DNA of 58,132 bases, filler included, from Sphacelaria rigidula (GCA_964200075.2; 3 parts of 3 records of this genome joined end to end with filler, not necessarily neighbours in it); one strand, 5' to 3'. Shown: positions 14,280-25,170, counted from the whole stretch's first letter. The notes: generated by a model not told the origin, from the letters alone. A program made the numbers and translations.

Positions 14280-15120
14280 TGTTCGTCGTCGGCGATTTTC
14301 AATAGTTGTTTCGTGTGCCGTCGCTCACCATCCCAGTAAACGGTTGATCCTGCAGTGTAAAGATCGGGAGATACTTTGCATCCGCTCCACATTCCGAAGC
14401 AAAAATTATCTCTGCGCTCAAAATTGGGCAACTTACGAGCTGAATTGACTGGGGGTGTCATTGGCCGTTTTTGGTCCAAAACGTGGTTATTTTTGGGCCT
14501 AGCGCAGCAAAATAGGTGAAGATATAAAGTAAGGGTCTGTGAAATTATTCACGAGAGCGATCGGGTTCGTTTCACCACCACATATGCTATGCAGAGCTCG
14601 GTTGGGCAATTTTTGTTTTGGGTACTTTTCTGAATTTTCTCGTGTAGACGAGTATTCTTGGCACTCGAAAGCCCCAGCATCGATATATACATTGGGAAAA
14701 AAGCAGATCGTGCTTAGGACACAACCCTCATTTGATGTTGTCGGGGTGATACGGAGCAAGTACCTCATCATTCATCAAGGGAGTGTTGTCCACCATCACT
14801 GGTGCGAAAAACACAGTTTTTCGGCTTAAGCGCAACGAATAGGTGAATATTCCAAAAAGACATTCCATATTAATTGCTCACGAAAATGATCTCGATTGCT
14901 TCAATCGAGCGAAAACACCCAAGGGTCATAATCTGGGGTTGAGTAGTCGCAGTACCCCCGAAAACCGGCCAGCCCAAGTGGTTCAATATTGAGGGCAGGT
15001 GTTGGTTTTGTTCCGGAATGTGGAGTGGATGCTTAGTATCTCCCGATCTCCAAACTTTGGTATCAAACGTTCACTGGGATAAGCGGCGGCACGCGAATAC
15101 TTGATCGAAAATCGTCGACT
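14280..15120. repeat. Degenerate inverted-repeat element
   Basis: GATCGGGAGATACTTTGCATCCGCTCCACATTCCG (about 14362-14396) is inverted at about 15013-15047. Flanking similarity extends over about 120 bp. Confidence 0.6.
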
Positions 15121-15214
15121 GGGAAAAATTACAATATTCCCCCATTTTCAGCCGAAAACTACCCTACCAACACTGAAAATGGACTACACAAGTAGAGGAA
15201 CAGCGAAAACATTT

Positions 15215-16772
15215 CAAGGGCAGGTCGAGTAGAGTATAGTCAATACTCGGTATTTTTAAAAGTAATATTTTTAGTACCCAAAATGTGAGTAGAGTATTGA
15301 GTTCATACCCAAGTGATACTCTATACTCAAGTATTACTGGGAGTACTTGGTCAATATTTGAGTCGAGTATTTGAGGTCGTTCTCAATTTACCACACCCTG
15401 GACAATATATGGTCAAAATATGCAATGTACGAGAAGTGTACTGCATATAATATAGGCCTATTGCACTTATTGCCGGCCGACAATAGTCGCAATAGCCCTA
15501 TACTTTATGCAGTACCTTTCTTGTCTAATGCAGCTAATGGCCATAGATTGTCCAAGGTGTGCAATCTACCCAAGATTTGAGCAGAGTATTTGATGTCATA
15601 CTCATCTACCCAAAATATTGAGGTTATACCCAAGTGATACTCTGGACTCGAATATTTTCTGAGAGTACTTACCCAATAATTGAGTAAAGTGTTGGAGGAG
15701 GTACGCGATTTACTCAAAATTTGAGTAAAGTAAATACTCGGGCAGTTTACCCGAGTATTCAAAAGTAGATACTCTACTCGATCTGCCCTTGCACTGTTTC
15801 CACCGCTAGGTCGCCCATGGAGAAGTCAGATGTGCGGCCCGTAGAGTCGCTCATTTTGACAATACCTACCCGATTACCCGTCTACTCGATTATCACCCAA
15901 AGGTGATGAGCACTTTGAACTGAAACTGGTGTCAAAGGGGTTTCGAGGTGTGTAGTATGTACTGTTATGTGTGGGGGCAGGTGAGCTGGGGCAGGTATAA
16001 TGGGTTCATTCACTTGCATGTTTTTTTATTTTCTTTTTGACGGCCACTATTCCCGCATACTATTTGTTGCACGTGCCGTAACGTCACTCATCTCATTGAT
16101 GGCCATCGTTTGCTAATATATTCGTCAATGTCTGTGAAGTGACGTCACGAGGTCGCCGACGGTCACGGTCACTCGTCATACCCTAATGATCCTCTATACT
16201 TGAGTATTACTGAGAGTGCTTACCCAAAATTTGAGTAGAGTATTGAGTTCATACCCGAGTGATCCTCTGTACTCAAGTATTACCGAGAGTACTTACCCAA
16301 CAATTGAGTAGAGTGTTTGCGGTCGTACTCACCGTAAGGTTTGAGTAGATTATTTGATGTAGTAGAAAATTCGACTTCACGGTCGAACAATGTAAAGGAC
16401 TGCTTAACCCCTCACGCGATGATGAATAAAGGCAAACACCGCGGAAGGAAGGTGGAGAACTAGCATAAATAACAAGAAAAAAACTCATGCGTCGACCTTC
16501 CTCCTGTGTGACCCCGGCTGGTGCGCCCACATACTGTATACCGAAAGGTGTAGACTGGCGTCCACAAATGAGATAGGATGACAACACACACACACACACA
16601 ATCTACCCAAAATTTGAATAGACTATTTGAAGTCGTACCCAATGTACTCGAAATTTGAGTAGAATATGAATAGTTGAGGTCGTACCCAATCGACTCAACA
16701 CTTGATTAGAGTAAATACTCGGGTATTTTACCCGAGTATTCAAAAGTATATTCTCTACGCGACCTGCCCTTG
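15215..16772. mobile_element. hAT-type non-autonomous transposon with perfect 8-bp target-site duplication
   Basis: TIR CAAGGGCAGGTCG at both ends. AAACATTT lies at both 15207-15214 and 16773-16780. Dense TACTC/GAGTA subterminal repeats, and an extra internal end copy finishing at 15791. Confidence 0.85.
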
Positions 16773-16852
16773 AAACATTTTCATAACACTCCTCCTCGAT
16801 GAAAGTTGCCGGTGAGATGCGACAATCAAAATGCATGAATTGTTGAATATGA

Positions 16853-18330
16853 TCGATTGATTGATTAATTGATTGATTGTCGCACCGTAACTGATCTTCC
16901 AGAAGTCATAATCCAGCCGTGATCATCATCCGCATGATAGACGTACCCAAGATGAAAACAAAATGAGAACACTCTCTGAAAGGAAGTGAAAAACAGAGAG
17001 GTAGACAGACAGGCTTCGGTGGAAAAGATATTGATAAAAACCGCTCTTACATCGAATCTTGAGAACAAAACGTCGTGGAAACAGATTGTGGTTAATCTAT
17101 TTCGACCTAAATATTTTGGGTATGAAGCTCTCATCCATGAAGCCTACGGAAGAGAGGAACCAAACTGGCATGTGCATATACTAGGAGGAAAGAACACACA
17201 TGGAGAGATATGTGGGGAAAGAAAGGTGACGGGAAAAAATGAGACTACGGGGGTGATAAAATCTAGAGGACACAGTGTGCAGTGGAGCAGGTATACGCAC
17301 ACACCAGGGTGTACCGCAAAACCACAGACCAAGGACAAAATCAACAACCAATAGAAAAAGACAGCGGTGCATCAGTTTCCGTGTTGGCCTAATTCCTCGC
17401 TTCCATCCCTAGTCGGGTACAAAGCGGGCCTGTCTCTCGGACATTTCATATTGGGCCCCTCGCGAGCCGTTACTGATGTGCTACCGGGGGCAGTTCTCGG
17501 ATTGGCGACCTTTGATGCAGCAGCCTCCTTTGTAATGGCGGTCCAATTTTCGTTTGTCTTCGCTTCGCCACATGTCCTCAAACTCGTCCGCCGCGTTCTC
17601 GACCCCAAGATGCCATCTTGCCCTTGTTCTTCGCCGTTGTGACCCAATCGTGTCCGTTGTTAACCTCTACACCGTAGACGAACCGTTTCCGTCGCGCTCC
17701 TTTGCGTGGAGCAGCCCCCAGTGCACGTAGGTTCCCCCAGAGGTTGTTTCCCTAGTGTTTGGAGGGGGCGGCCAGCCTCCTCAGACCCTTCGTCGGCTAA
17801 GCCTTCCTGCGTGATGCGTTTGGGGATATTTCATCCTCCCGGACGGGGCTCCCGCGAACCAGAGTTGACGTTTGAGGGTGGCCGTCTCGATACCTTCACA
17901 GCTGATCATGTCGAGCGCAGCTCTGTACGAAAGTCTTGAAGCCCGTTCCATCTTTCCAGTGGAATCCAACTCCTCGCAGCAAAAGCTCGTGATGGGCAGT
18001 GCCGGACTGTCGAAGTCCTCAGAACGCGACGTCAGTGTGGAACATCCATACAACAGAGTTTCCACCACCTCCGCTTTAAGCAGCCGGACTTTCATGGATA
18101 ACTGAGTGTCGGATCGATCATAGAGTTGGAAAACATACTTTCGGAGACATACCCCCACCCCACTTTGATTCGGCGATTTCGGTGAACATTTTCGCGTCCG
18201 CGCTGGGAGCACCAAGGTAGACAAACTTGGCCGTCCGCTCGTACCGTCCGCCGGCCGCGTTGATGTGTAGGGCGTTCTCTGTGTTTCTGCTCCGATTTTT
18301 CTCTAGCACGTCAGTCACGGTACTGGCCTC
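16853..18330 (-). mobile_element. Degenerate 5'-truncated RTE-like LINE retrotransposon
   Basis: Minus-strand fragments FVYLG, KVRLLKAEVVETLLYGC, LSYRAALDM..CEGIETATLKRQLWFAG typical of the post-RT region of RTE-clade LINEs, with frameshifts. (TTGA)n tail at about 16853-16879. Confidence 0.75.
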
Positions 18331-18587
18331 GCGTGTTGACCTCGCGGGGAGGGCGCAGCCTTCCCAGCCCACGCCGGTCGCTTGCTTCAGTCCGCGGAGT
18401 ACTGGACTAACAAGTGTCTCATCTCCAACGTACTTTTCATGACAGTGTCCCAACTCCGGGTAAAGCTCTGCAGCTGCGGGGTTCAAATGGAACTAAAAAT
18501 CGAGATATTTGAGGTAAGCAACCCCGAGGTGATCAAGTGACCGAAAATATAACTCGAAGTGGTGTGATCACGCATACATGAGGTGTG

Positions 18588-19318
18588 CAAGGGTAGGTCG
18601 AGTAGAGTGTGTACTTTTGAGTACTCGAGTAAAATACTCACGTATTTACTCTACTCGACGTTTGAGTAGGTCAAGTATGGCCTCAAATACTCTACTCAAA
18701 TTTTGAGTAGGTCAAGCACGGCCTCGAATACTCTACTCAAATTTTGAGTAGGTCAAGTACGACCTCAAATACTCTACTCAAATATTGAGTAAGCACTCTC
18801 AGTAATACTTGAGTATAGAGTATCACTTAGTTAGCACTCTCAGTATTACTTGAGTATAGAGTATCACTTGCGTATGACCTCAATACTCCACTCAAATTGT
18901 GAGTAGATCAAGTATGACCTCAAATACTCTACTCAAATATTGAGTAAGCACTCTCAGCAATACTTGAGTATAGATTACTCCTTGGGTATGGTGAGTATCC
19001 CTGACAGTCGGCGACTTTGTGGCGTCACTTCACAGACTATTTTGAATACATGGTCGAACGATGGCCATCAATTAGATGGGCGGCTTTTCATCACAGCCAA
19101 CAAGGAGTATGAGCGAATGATGGCCATGAATTTGTTTTTTGAAAAAACGTGCAGGTGAATGCACCTCCCTGCCCCAGCGCCCCATCTCACCAGTAGGTGT
19201 AAAATGGAAACGCCCATTTTTTCAAGGGTAGGTCGAGTAGAGTATGTCCTTTTTAGTACTCGAGGAACATACTCAAGTATTTACTCTACTCGACGTTTGA
19301 GTAGGTCGAGTACGACCT
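18588..19318. mobile_element. Second, inverted copy of the CAAGGG-TIR hAT-type element, cut by the contig end
   Basis: Starts CAAGGGTAGGTCGAGTAGAGT. Internal 19020-19200 is the reverse complement of about 15980-16170, and there is an internal end copy near 19223. Confidence 0.8.
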
Positions 19319-19418
19319 NNNNNNNNNNNNNNNNNNNNNNNNNNNNNNNNNNNNNNNNNNNNTTAATTAATTAANNNNNNNNNNNNNNNNNNNNNNNNNN
19401 NNNNNNNNNNNNNNNNNN
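19319..19418. other. Artificial contig-joining spacer
   Basis: 44 N + TTAATTAATTAA (stops in all six frames) + 44 N = exactly 100 nt. Composition changes abruptly across it. Confidence 0.98.
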
Positions 19419-19837
19419 GTTTCGTATATATGTCGTTAGGCGATCTATATATTCAGACGAACCGCTACACAGCTTCGGAGCGTTCCCTTCAATCTGCGCT
19501 CACCGCGTTCGGTCGACTGGAGCAGCGGGACTGGCTTCAGGAAGGCCAGGTACACAGTGTGTTGGGCTTTCTATATATTCGGGCGAACCGCTACGCAGCT
19601 TCTGAGCGTTCACTTCAATCTGCGCTCACCGCGTTCGGTCACCTGGACCCACGGGACTGGCTTCAGGAAAGCCAGGTGCACCGCTTTCTGGGCGCTTTAT
19701 ACCTTGTGACCAACCGCTACGAGGCATCGGAGCGTTCACTTCAATCTGCGCTCACCGCGTTCGGTCGACTGGAGCAGCGGTACTGGCTTCAGGAAGGCCA
19801 GGTGCACCGTTTGTTGGGTGGCCTACACAGGACAAAG
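19419..19837 (+). repeat. 126-bp intragenic tandem repeats (TPR units)
   Basis: AACCGCTAC recurs at 19460, 19586 and 19712, each followed by a near-identical GAGCGTTC.CTTCAATCTGCGCTCACCGCGTTCGGTC...CTGGCTTCAGGAA.GCCAGGT.CAC block. Confidence 0.95.
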
Positions 19838-22003
19838 GGTCGGTCGACCGACGCGTCTCGGCACTTCGCCCTCGCGCGTAAGCAGATCGGTCGCACGCAC
19901 CCCTTGGAGGCGGCTGAGGTGGATCTTCGCTCCGCGATGACGCCGGATGATCGCGTGCGAGCGCTCGGGCGGATGCTCCTTCTGCTGGATCGAGTCGAGG
20001 ACACAGAGCGCAGCCTACAGGCCCAAAACACACTGCACCCCTACATCATTGCCCAGGTGGCAGACCAATATGCGTCGAACGCGCCGGAGGCTTGGCACTG
20101 GTCAGATGTCGGGCGTGCGGTATGGACGATGCAGGCCATGCGTCGGGGCTCAGGCGGCCGGCTGGGCGAGCGATTCGCGTCGACCGGGAGCGACGTGAAG
20201 ACTCTGCAGGCGCGCATGTCAAACGTTGAAGCAGCGATTGACCCGAAGCCAGACTTGCGGACCCGCGAAAGCCTGTTTGAGTCCCCGGAGGCGCTGCTCG
20301 ACGAAGCTCAGGCGCTTGTGACGGCGCTTCGCGCGCTTGGGCCTGCGGGCGAGGCGCTGGCTGAGGCTACATACTTGGTCCCGTTGGCTGCGAGCGACAT
20401 TCCGCTCGAAGACGGCGAGGTGCTAGTGGAGTACCGGGTGCTCGAAGACAAGGTGTTGCTCTTCGTGCTCCGGAAGGGCGAGGCCGTGACGGCCCACTCG
20501 CTCGGCAAGCTGGTCGTCCATCCGGGAGGCGGTGGTCTGGAGCCCCTTGAGCAGGCCTCAACGTCCACGCAGTCCGCAAGCGCGGCCCTCGCGGCGGTGG
20601 TCGCTGCGTACGGCGCTGAGGCCAACTGTACGGGGGGAGCCAGACCGCGAGCCCTGTCGCTCGAGCTGGGCGCTGCACTGTACGACCGCCTCGTGGGCCC
20701 CGCGAAGCTGGACCCGACCCGAGACAAGCGCATCATCGTGGTCGCGGACGGCGCGCTGTGGCGTCTACCGTTCGAGGCCTTGCTGACCACGGCCCCTGCG
20801 AAGGTCTGCGCGCAGCTCGGAGGGTACACCGAAGCCTGCGAGCTCGTCGCAACGTCTTCGAAATGCAACTTGCAGAGCATCCCGTTCGTAGATGCGACCT
20901 ACGGGGTGAGTTACCTGCCATCGGCCCGCGCGCTGCGTTGGCAACGCAAGACGCTGCGTCAGGTCCCTCGGGACGACGTCGACCCCAAGGCACGACCCCT
21001 GCTATTCGCGGACGCGGTGTTCGGCAGCGATGACCCGCGTTGCAAGAACGGGCTCTCCTGTCCTTCAGGCGAGCAGGTGAAGCGGTTCGATGAACGCCTC
21101 GAACAGGTCGAGCAGGGGGCGTCCCCAGACGCTTCGAGTGCGGTGGCATTGGCCAGCCGAGGAAGCACTCGACGCAGTGCCGAGGGTGGCCGACTGCTGG
21201 GGACAGCCTACGAGGCGGCCGCGTTGAACGGGCTGCTTGGTCGGATGGGTCTGGACCCGGTTGTGCATGAGGGCCTCGATGCCCAAGAGGAGTATCTGGG
21301 GGGCTCTGATGTCCCAGTCGCGCCGGGCTTCGTGCTTGGTCTACCGATGCACGGGGTGGTGAACGCATACGCGGAGACCGGCGTGCTGGTGATGTCCATC
21401 CCGACATCCACCGCAGCAGATGGCCTGCTCTATCCCTACGAGACCTCGAACCTAGACCTGCGGGGCACCGAGGTTGTGCTCTTGACCGCGTGTCAGCTCG
21501 GCCGGGGCCTCCTGAGGCCGGGCCAAGGTGTGCTGGGCATGGTCGACCACTTCATGGCGCAAGGCGCGAAGCGGGTGTGGGCGAGCGGGTGGGACATTGA
21601 CGACGCCTCGGGTGCGGAGCTGACGGCGCGGATGATGGCGTACGCGGTCAGTGGCGAGGAGATCACGTCTGCAGCAGCTCACGCCCGCGGGGACCTTCGG
21701 CGGCAGTACGGCGTCGCTGGAGTCCACCCGTGGTACTGGGCGGGGCTCCGGGTCATCGGTGCGCCAGGGCAGGTCCAAGTGCCGCAGGGCACGAAGCGGT
21801 TGTCCACGGAGGAGGCTCTGGGCGTCGCCCTCAAGGCCTTAACGAAGACACCGACAACTATGGCCGCCACAGTCAGCTCCTCGCTGCGCCCTGCTGGGGG
21901 AGGACCCGACGCCAATCAAACTGTATTGTGGCTTCTAGCGCTGGCCACCTTTGTGGGCGTCGTCTTGGCGTTCGCGTTCGTTCGAACGCGCCGGTCTCCG
22001 TGA
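19419..22003 (+). CDS. TPR-repeat CHAT-domain (caspase-like, clan CD) protease with C-terminal membrane anchor; 5' truncated at the contig edge
   Basis: 42-aa TPR-like repeats and CHAT motifs LYDRLVGP, IIVVADGALWRLPFEALL, VSYLPSA, LLGTAYEA, MHG (catalytic His), VLLTACQLG (catalytic Cys), SGWDIDD, HPWYWAG. C-terminus is VLWLLALATFVGVVLAFAFVRTRR. The frame is open to the contig edge, so ATG 19430 is probably internal. Confidence 0.92.
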
Positions 22004-22007
22004 ACCG

Positions 22008-22033
22008 TGTCAGATGAACATCGGCTCGACGTT
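22008..22033 (+). promoter_or_regulatory. Putative ECF-type promoter TGTCAG-N16-CGTT upstream of the TadE-like gene
   Basis: TGTCAG 22008-22013, CGTT 22030-22033, ATG 10 nt later. Same motif and spacing at five other gene starts. Confidence 0.75.
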
Positions 22034-22043
22034 GATGGGGTGC

Positions 22044-22451
22044 ATGAGAACCACGGGACGACATCGTTTTCGAGGCAACGCAGTGCTGGAACTCGTGGCG
22101 GTGATGCCCATCATTCTGCTGTTCGCGTGGCTAGCGCTCGACCAGTTCTTTGTTTGGATGCCGCTTCAGCCCGAGAGCGTGCACTTGCGTGCCGCACTTT
22201 GGCAGGCCCGGAACGGGGGCGATGCGCCGCCACTTCCGGCGGGATGGTCCGTGGAGCGATTCTCATCGACTGCCGATGTGGGGTTCGATGAACTGCCGCT
22301 CGAACATCGACGGGTTTACGCGAAGTGGAGCAACCTTGAGGGTCAATCGCTCGGAAAGACGATGGAGATGTTCACGATCGTGGACCCGCGCCTCGGACCT
22401 CGGACCACGCCGGATATCTGGGGCGTTCTCTTCAGTGGGGAGGGCTTTTGA
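22044..22451 (+). CDS. TadE-like pseudopilin
   Basis: MRTTGRHRFRG|NAVLELVAVMPIILLFAWLAL: basic leader, G|xxxxE prepilin-peptidase site, hydrophobic helix with Pro. Confidence 0.75.
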   Translation: MRTTGRHRFRGNAVLELVAVMPIILLFAWLALDQFFVWMPLQPESVHLRAALWQARNGGDAPPLPAGWSVERFSSTADVGFDELPLEHRRVYAKWSNLEGQSLGKTMEMFTIVDPRLGPRTTPDIWGVLFSGEGF

Positions 22452-22537
22452 GGGTCGACTTCAAACGGTTTCTGCCGCCGATATCATGCGTGGTTTTGAC
22501 ATGTTAGGTGATTCTAGGAAGAAATCGTTGTGCATCC

Positions 22538-22563
22538 TGTCAGATGGGGCTGGTACCCACGTT
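22538..22563 (+). promoter_or_regulatory. Putative ECF-type promoter TGTCAG-N16-CGTT upstream of the sigma-like gene (autoregulatory)
   Basis: TGTCAG 22538-22543, CGTT 22560-22563. Confidence 0.75.
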
Positions 22564-22648
22564 CATGTGGTTGCAATGGATGCTCGCCAGGCCCCAGGCC
22601 CCAGGCCCCAGGCTTGCCGCGCGACGCCAAAGCAGAAAGGGATGGACC

Positions 22649-23977
22649 ATGCACGGAGGTGGAGTGACAGCAGTTGAGGCTTGCACACGGTGGCTTTGCA
22701 CCTGTCTCGCGGCCCTCGTCGCGCGACGCGCAGTGTGGGTTGATATCCAAACGTTGCTCCCCGTGACGGAGAAGGCGTACGACACCTTCCGGCAATTCGT
22801 CTCTGCTCTCGGCCCAGGCGCGAGCGCGAAAGACGTCTCGCTGTGCGAGACGGTTGAGCTGCTCTCTGCCCTGCTGGTCGAGGAGCTAGGTGGCAAAGTC
22901 TGGAATGCGCTGGAGGACGCGTGTGCCGCTGTCACGAAGGGCGAATCAGAGACTGTCGTGCGAGACCTGCTCGTCGAAGCCCTATCGCCGGACAGCGTGG
23001 ATGAGGCAGAGGAGCTGCTCCTCGAAGCCCTGTCGCTGGACAGCGTGGACGAGGCAGAGGAATCGGCCGTCTCCCGTGAATTCCCCTTCCCGATCGGAGA
23101 AATCCAGACGCCAGAGGACCTCACGAAGCTTGTTGCTGTTGGTGTTGCGGCGTCGCTGGCCGAGATGAGGAGGTGGGGCCGGAGATCCGACGTCGATCTC
23201 GCCAAGGGAATCGCGACGGATGCTGTGGTGAAAGTACTAGTGAGCTACGAGAAGAAGCTGAACGATGGTACGTGGAAGGAAGAGCCTCGATCTGAGCGCT
23301 TGCGAAGATTGCAGGGAGTAGCCGCGAGGAATCTAACGAAGGACAGATTGCATCGGCTCGTGCGCGAGGTAGGCACGGAAGAGCAAGACCTTGATCGTTC
23401 CATCCATCGACAGAGCCCACCCCCGCCGAATTTTCGACTAGACTCCGATTACTACATCCTTTGGGGCTGCCTCAGGCAATACAATAGAGCGAACGCGACC
23501 GAAGGCCAAAAACGCGCGATCCGGCATATCTGCGCGGAGATGATCGGAATCGATATGTGGTGGCTGCGTCGCATGTTCCGGTTGCTCTTCAACATCCCTA
23601 CCTTGAGCGCAATCGAGGCAGGCGTATATCGGATGAGGAATGCCGTCGTTTCGGCTATCGGCGAAGATCACGAACAGCTGAGCCAGAGGGAGTTGCCTCG
23701 GCTATTGCAGGACACCATGGTCATCTACAATGATCTCGCCGCCGAACTTGTTCAAGCGTGTCAACACAACTTGGTCCAGGGCGTGCTCGACGCTCAGCGC
23801 TTGCGGGCGAGTCTTGTGGGAACTCCACTGTGCTCCGGACCGGGTGTCATGCCAGGCATGCAGCGCCCGGCTGCGCCATCGTTGTCGGCAGATGTGCTCG
23901 TTGCCCGCCTCACCGCCTGGATCATCAACAACCCCAATTTCTGCCCCCAAGTGATTCCAAGAGGAGAAGCGAGATGA
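22649..23977 (+). CDS. Divergent ECF sigma-70-like factor with N- and C-terminal extensions (paralogue 1)
   Basis: Region-2-like IATDAVVKVL...LQGVAARNLTKDRLHR and region-4-like FNIPTLSAIEAGVYRMRNAV. Clear similarity to 36925-38310, and stop overlaps the next start (ATGA). Start is uncertain: ATG 22649 or GTG 22664; the longer ORF would overlap the promoter motif. Confidence 0.65.
   Translation: MHGGGVTAVEACTRWLCTCLAALVARRAVWVDIQTLLPVTEKAYDTFRQFVSALGPGASAKDVSLCETVELLSALLVEELGGKVWNALEDACAAVTKGESETVVRDLLVEALSPDSVDEAEELLLEALSLDSVDEAEESAVSREFPFPIGEIQTPEDLTKLVAVGVAASLAEMRRWGRRSDVDLAKGIATDAVVKVLVSYEKKLNDGTWKEEPRSERLRRLQGVAARNLTKDRLHRLVREVGTEEQDLDRSIHRQSPPPPNFRLDSDYYILWGCLRQYNRANATEGQKRAIRHICAEMIGIDMWWLRRMFRLLFNIPTLSAIEAGVYRMRNAVVSAIGEDHEQLSQRELPRLLQDTMVIYNDLAAELVQACQHNLVQGVLDAQRLRASLVGTPLCSGPGVMPGMQRPAAPSLSADVLVARLTAWIINNPNFCPQVIPRGEAR
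22967..23062 (+). repeat. 48-bp in-frame tandem duplication
   Basis: LLVEALSPDSVDEAEE / LLLEALSLDSVDEAEE, near-identical at DNA level. Confidence 0.95.
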
Positions 23978-25074
23978 CCAAGAAGGACTCGACGCTTGGG
24001 TCAGTGGGTCTAGGCGACCCGGGTCCCGAGGAGATTGCGTCCTTGGACGCGCTGCGTGTTCAGGTGGTTCGAGCTTGCAGGTCGAAGGGCCTCGCTTGCG
24101 AGCTGTCCGATGAGCTTCTGTATCGAGCGATGTCAGGGACCCTTGACCCTGGTTTGCGCGAGGAGGTGCGCGATCTGGCTGGGGATGTGTATGAGGCTCA
24201 GGAGGCCGAGCTTGCTGCTAATGTCAGCGCGCTGATCGCTGGCTCGGAGACTTCGCCGACCCCACTTCGGCTCGGTGTCTCTGAGGTGCTGGCGGAGCGG
24301 GGGACGACGACCGCATTCTCCGAAGAAGTTCTCTATGCGGCGATCGGTGGCTGTCTGAACACCGAAGACCAGGCCCGCGTTGAGGCCATTGCAGAATCTG
24401 AGCTGGCCGCTTTACGCAGCGACCTTGCTGCCGACGTCAGCTCTTTGCTGAAGCGAGCACGGCCATCAACTGCGGCCGTTTCGGAAGACACCGCGTCTAC
24501 GATTGGGACTGCGGTTCGGCGGGACCAAGGCCCATTAGGGGTAGGCGTTGACCGGGCCGAACAGGACCCGGTGGGAGCTGCAAACAAAGAACATCAGTCA
24601 CCAGCCGGAAATGTGATTCCGTTCCGACGTTGGCTGCGTGGGCAAGTCGTGCCCGTGGTCTCAGCACTGGCGGCAAGTATCATCGTGCTCTCGGTAGGGC
24701 GGGTTTGGCTCCAGGATGAAGGTAGTGGGATTCGGGCCATAGGGAACCGCGGACCCGAAGTTTCGGTAGAGTTCTCACCATCAACACGAAGCGTAGGTCC
24801 TTTGCATTGCCCTGGTTGTGGCTTGGGGAGTTTTCCTGGTGCCTTTGAGCTGGTTCTGAAGCCGCAGGTATTGGGCTCTGAGTCGGCCACGCTCACCTAC
24901 CATCTTGATGGCGAAGAAGGCCCGGTATCGGAGTCCATCGACTTCGCTGATGGGCGGTACTGGGCGGCAAAGACGGGCTGGAACCCTAGGCGTCCGATCA
25001 CGGTTACGCTGCCTGAACGGGAGAACCTGGTGGTCGTTGTGCCGATTGCTACCGGCTCTGACGCTGTCCCTTGA
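23974..25074 (+). CDS. Transmembrane anti-sigma-factor-like protein
   Basis: GAGGAG RBS and ATGA coupling to the sigma-like gene. Two copies of an anti-sigma-domain-like helix pair (DELLYRAMSGTLDPGLREEV; EEVLYAAIGGCLNTEDQARVE), a NVIPFRR...ALAASIIVL transmembrane segment typical of anti-sigmas, and a small beta-rich C-terminal domain. Confidence 0.7.
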   Translation: MTKKDSTLGSVGLGDPGPEEIASLDALRVQVVRACRSKGLACELSDELLYRAMSGTLDPGLREEVRDLAGDVYEAQEAELAANVSALIAGSETSPTPLRLGVSEVLAERGTTTAFSEEVLYAAIGGCLNTEDQARVEAIAESELAALRSDLAADVSSLLKRARPSTAAVSEDTASTIGTAVRRDQGPLGVGVDRAEQDPVGAANKEHQSPAGNVIPFRRWLRGQVVPVVSALAASIIVLSVGRVWLQDEGSGIRAIGNRGPEVSVEFSPSTRSVGPLHCPGCGLGSFPGAFELVLKPQVLGSESATLTYHLDGEEGPVSESIDFADGRYWAAKTGWNPRRPITVTLPERENLVVVVPIATGSDAVP

Positions 25075-25076
25075 TT

Positions 25077-25109
25077 CATCGTGGCTGATTCTGGGAGTCA
25101 GCCACGGTG
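25077..25109 (+). terminator. Stem-loop after the anti-sigma-like gene
   Basis: CATCGTGGCTGA...TCAGCCACGGTG, a 12-bp stem with one G-U pair, 2 nt after the stop. No U-tract. Confidence 0.55.
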
Positions 25110-25134
25110 CGAACCGAACTCTTGAAAAAAGGTA

Positions 25135-25160
25135 TGTCAGGAAGGGCTGTCCGCCACGTT
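25135..25160 (+). promoter_or_regulatory. Putative ECF-type promoter TGTCAG-N16-CGTT upstream of cpaF
   Basis: TGTCAG 25135-25140, CGTT 25157-25160, ATG 10 nt later. Preceded by an A-tract (TGAAAAAAG). Confidence 0.75.
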
Positions 25161-25170
25161 GTTGGTACAG

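Noticed and set aside
18600-18980. CRISPR-like short repeats (also 3300-3650 and 56940-57200)
   Set aside because: Irregular subterminal repeats of MITEs with no unique constant-length spacers.
19363-19374. TTAATTAATTAA palindrome as a biological site (also 38772-38783)
   Set aside because: Centred in exactly 44+44 Ns twice; it is a synthetic six-frame-stop linker.
19460-19837. CRISPR array next to a Csx29-like CHAT protease
   Set aside because: The repeats are in-frame 126-bp coding units, and no cas genes or repeat-spacer array were seen on the contig.
23758-23973. N-terminal extension of the anti-sigma-like ORF as given in the ORF track
   Set aside because: It overlaps the upstream gene; the RBS and ATGA coupling point to ATG 23974.
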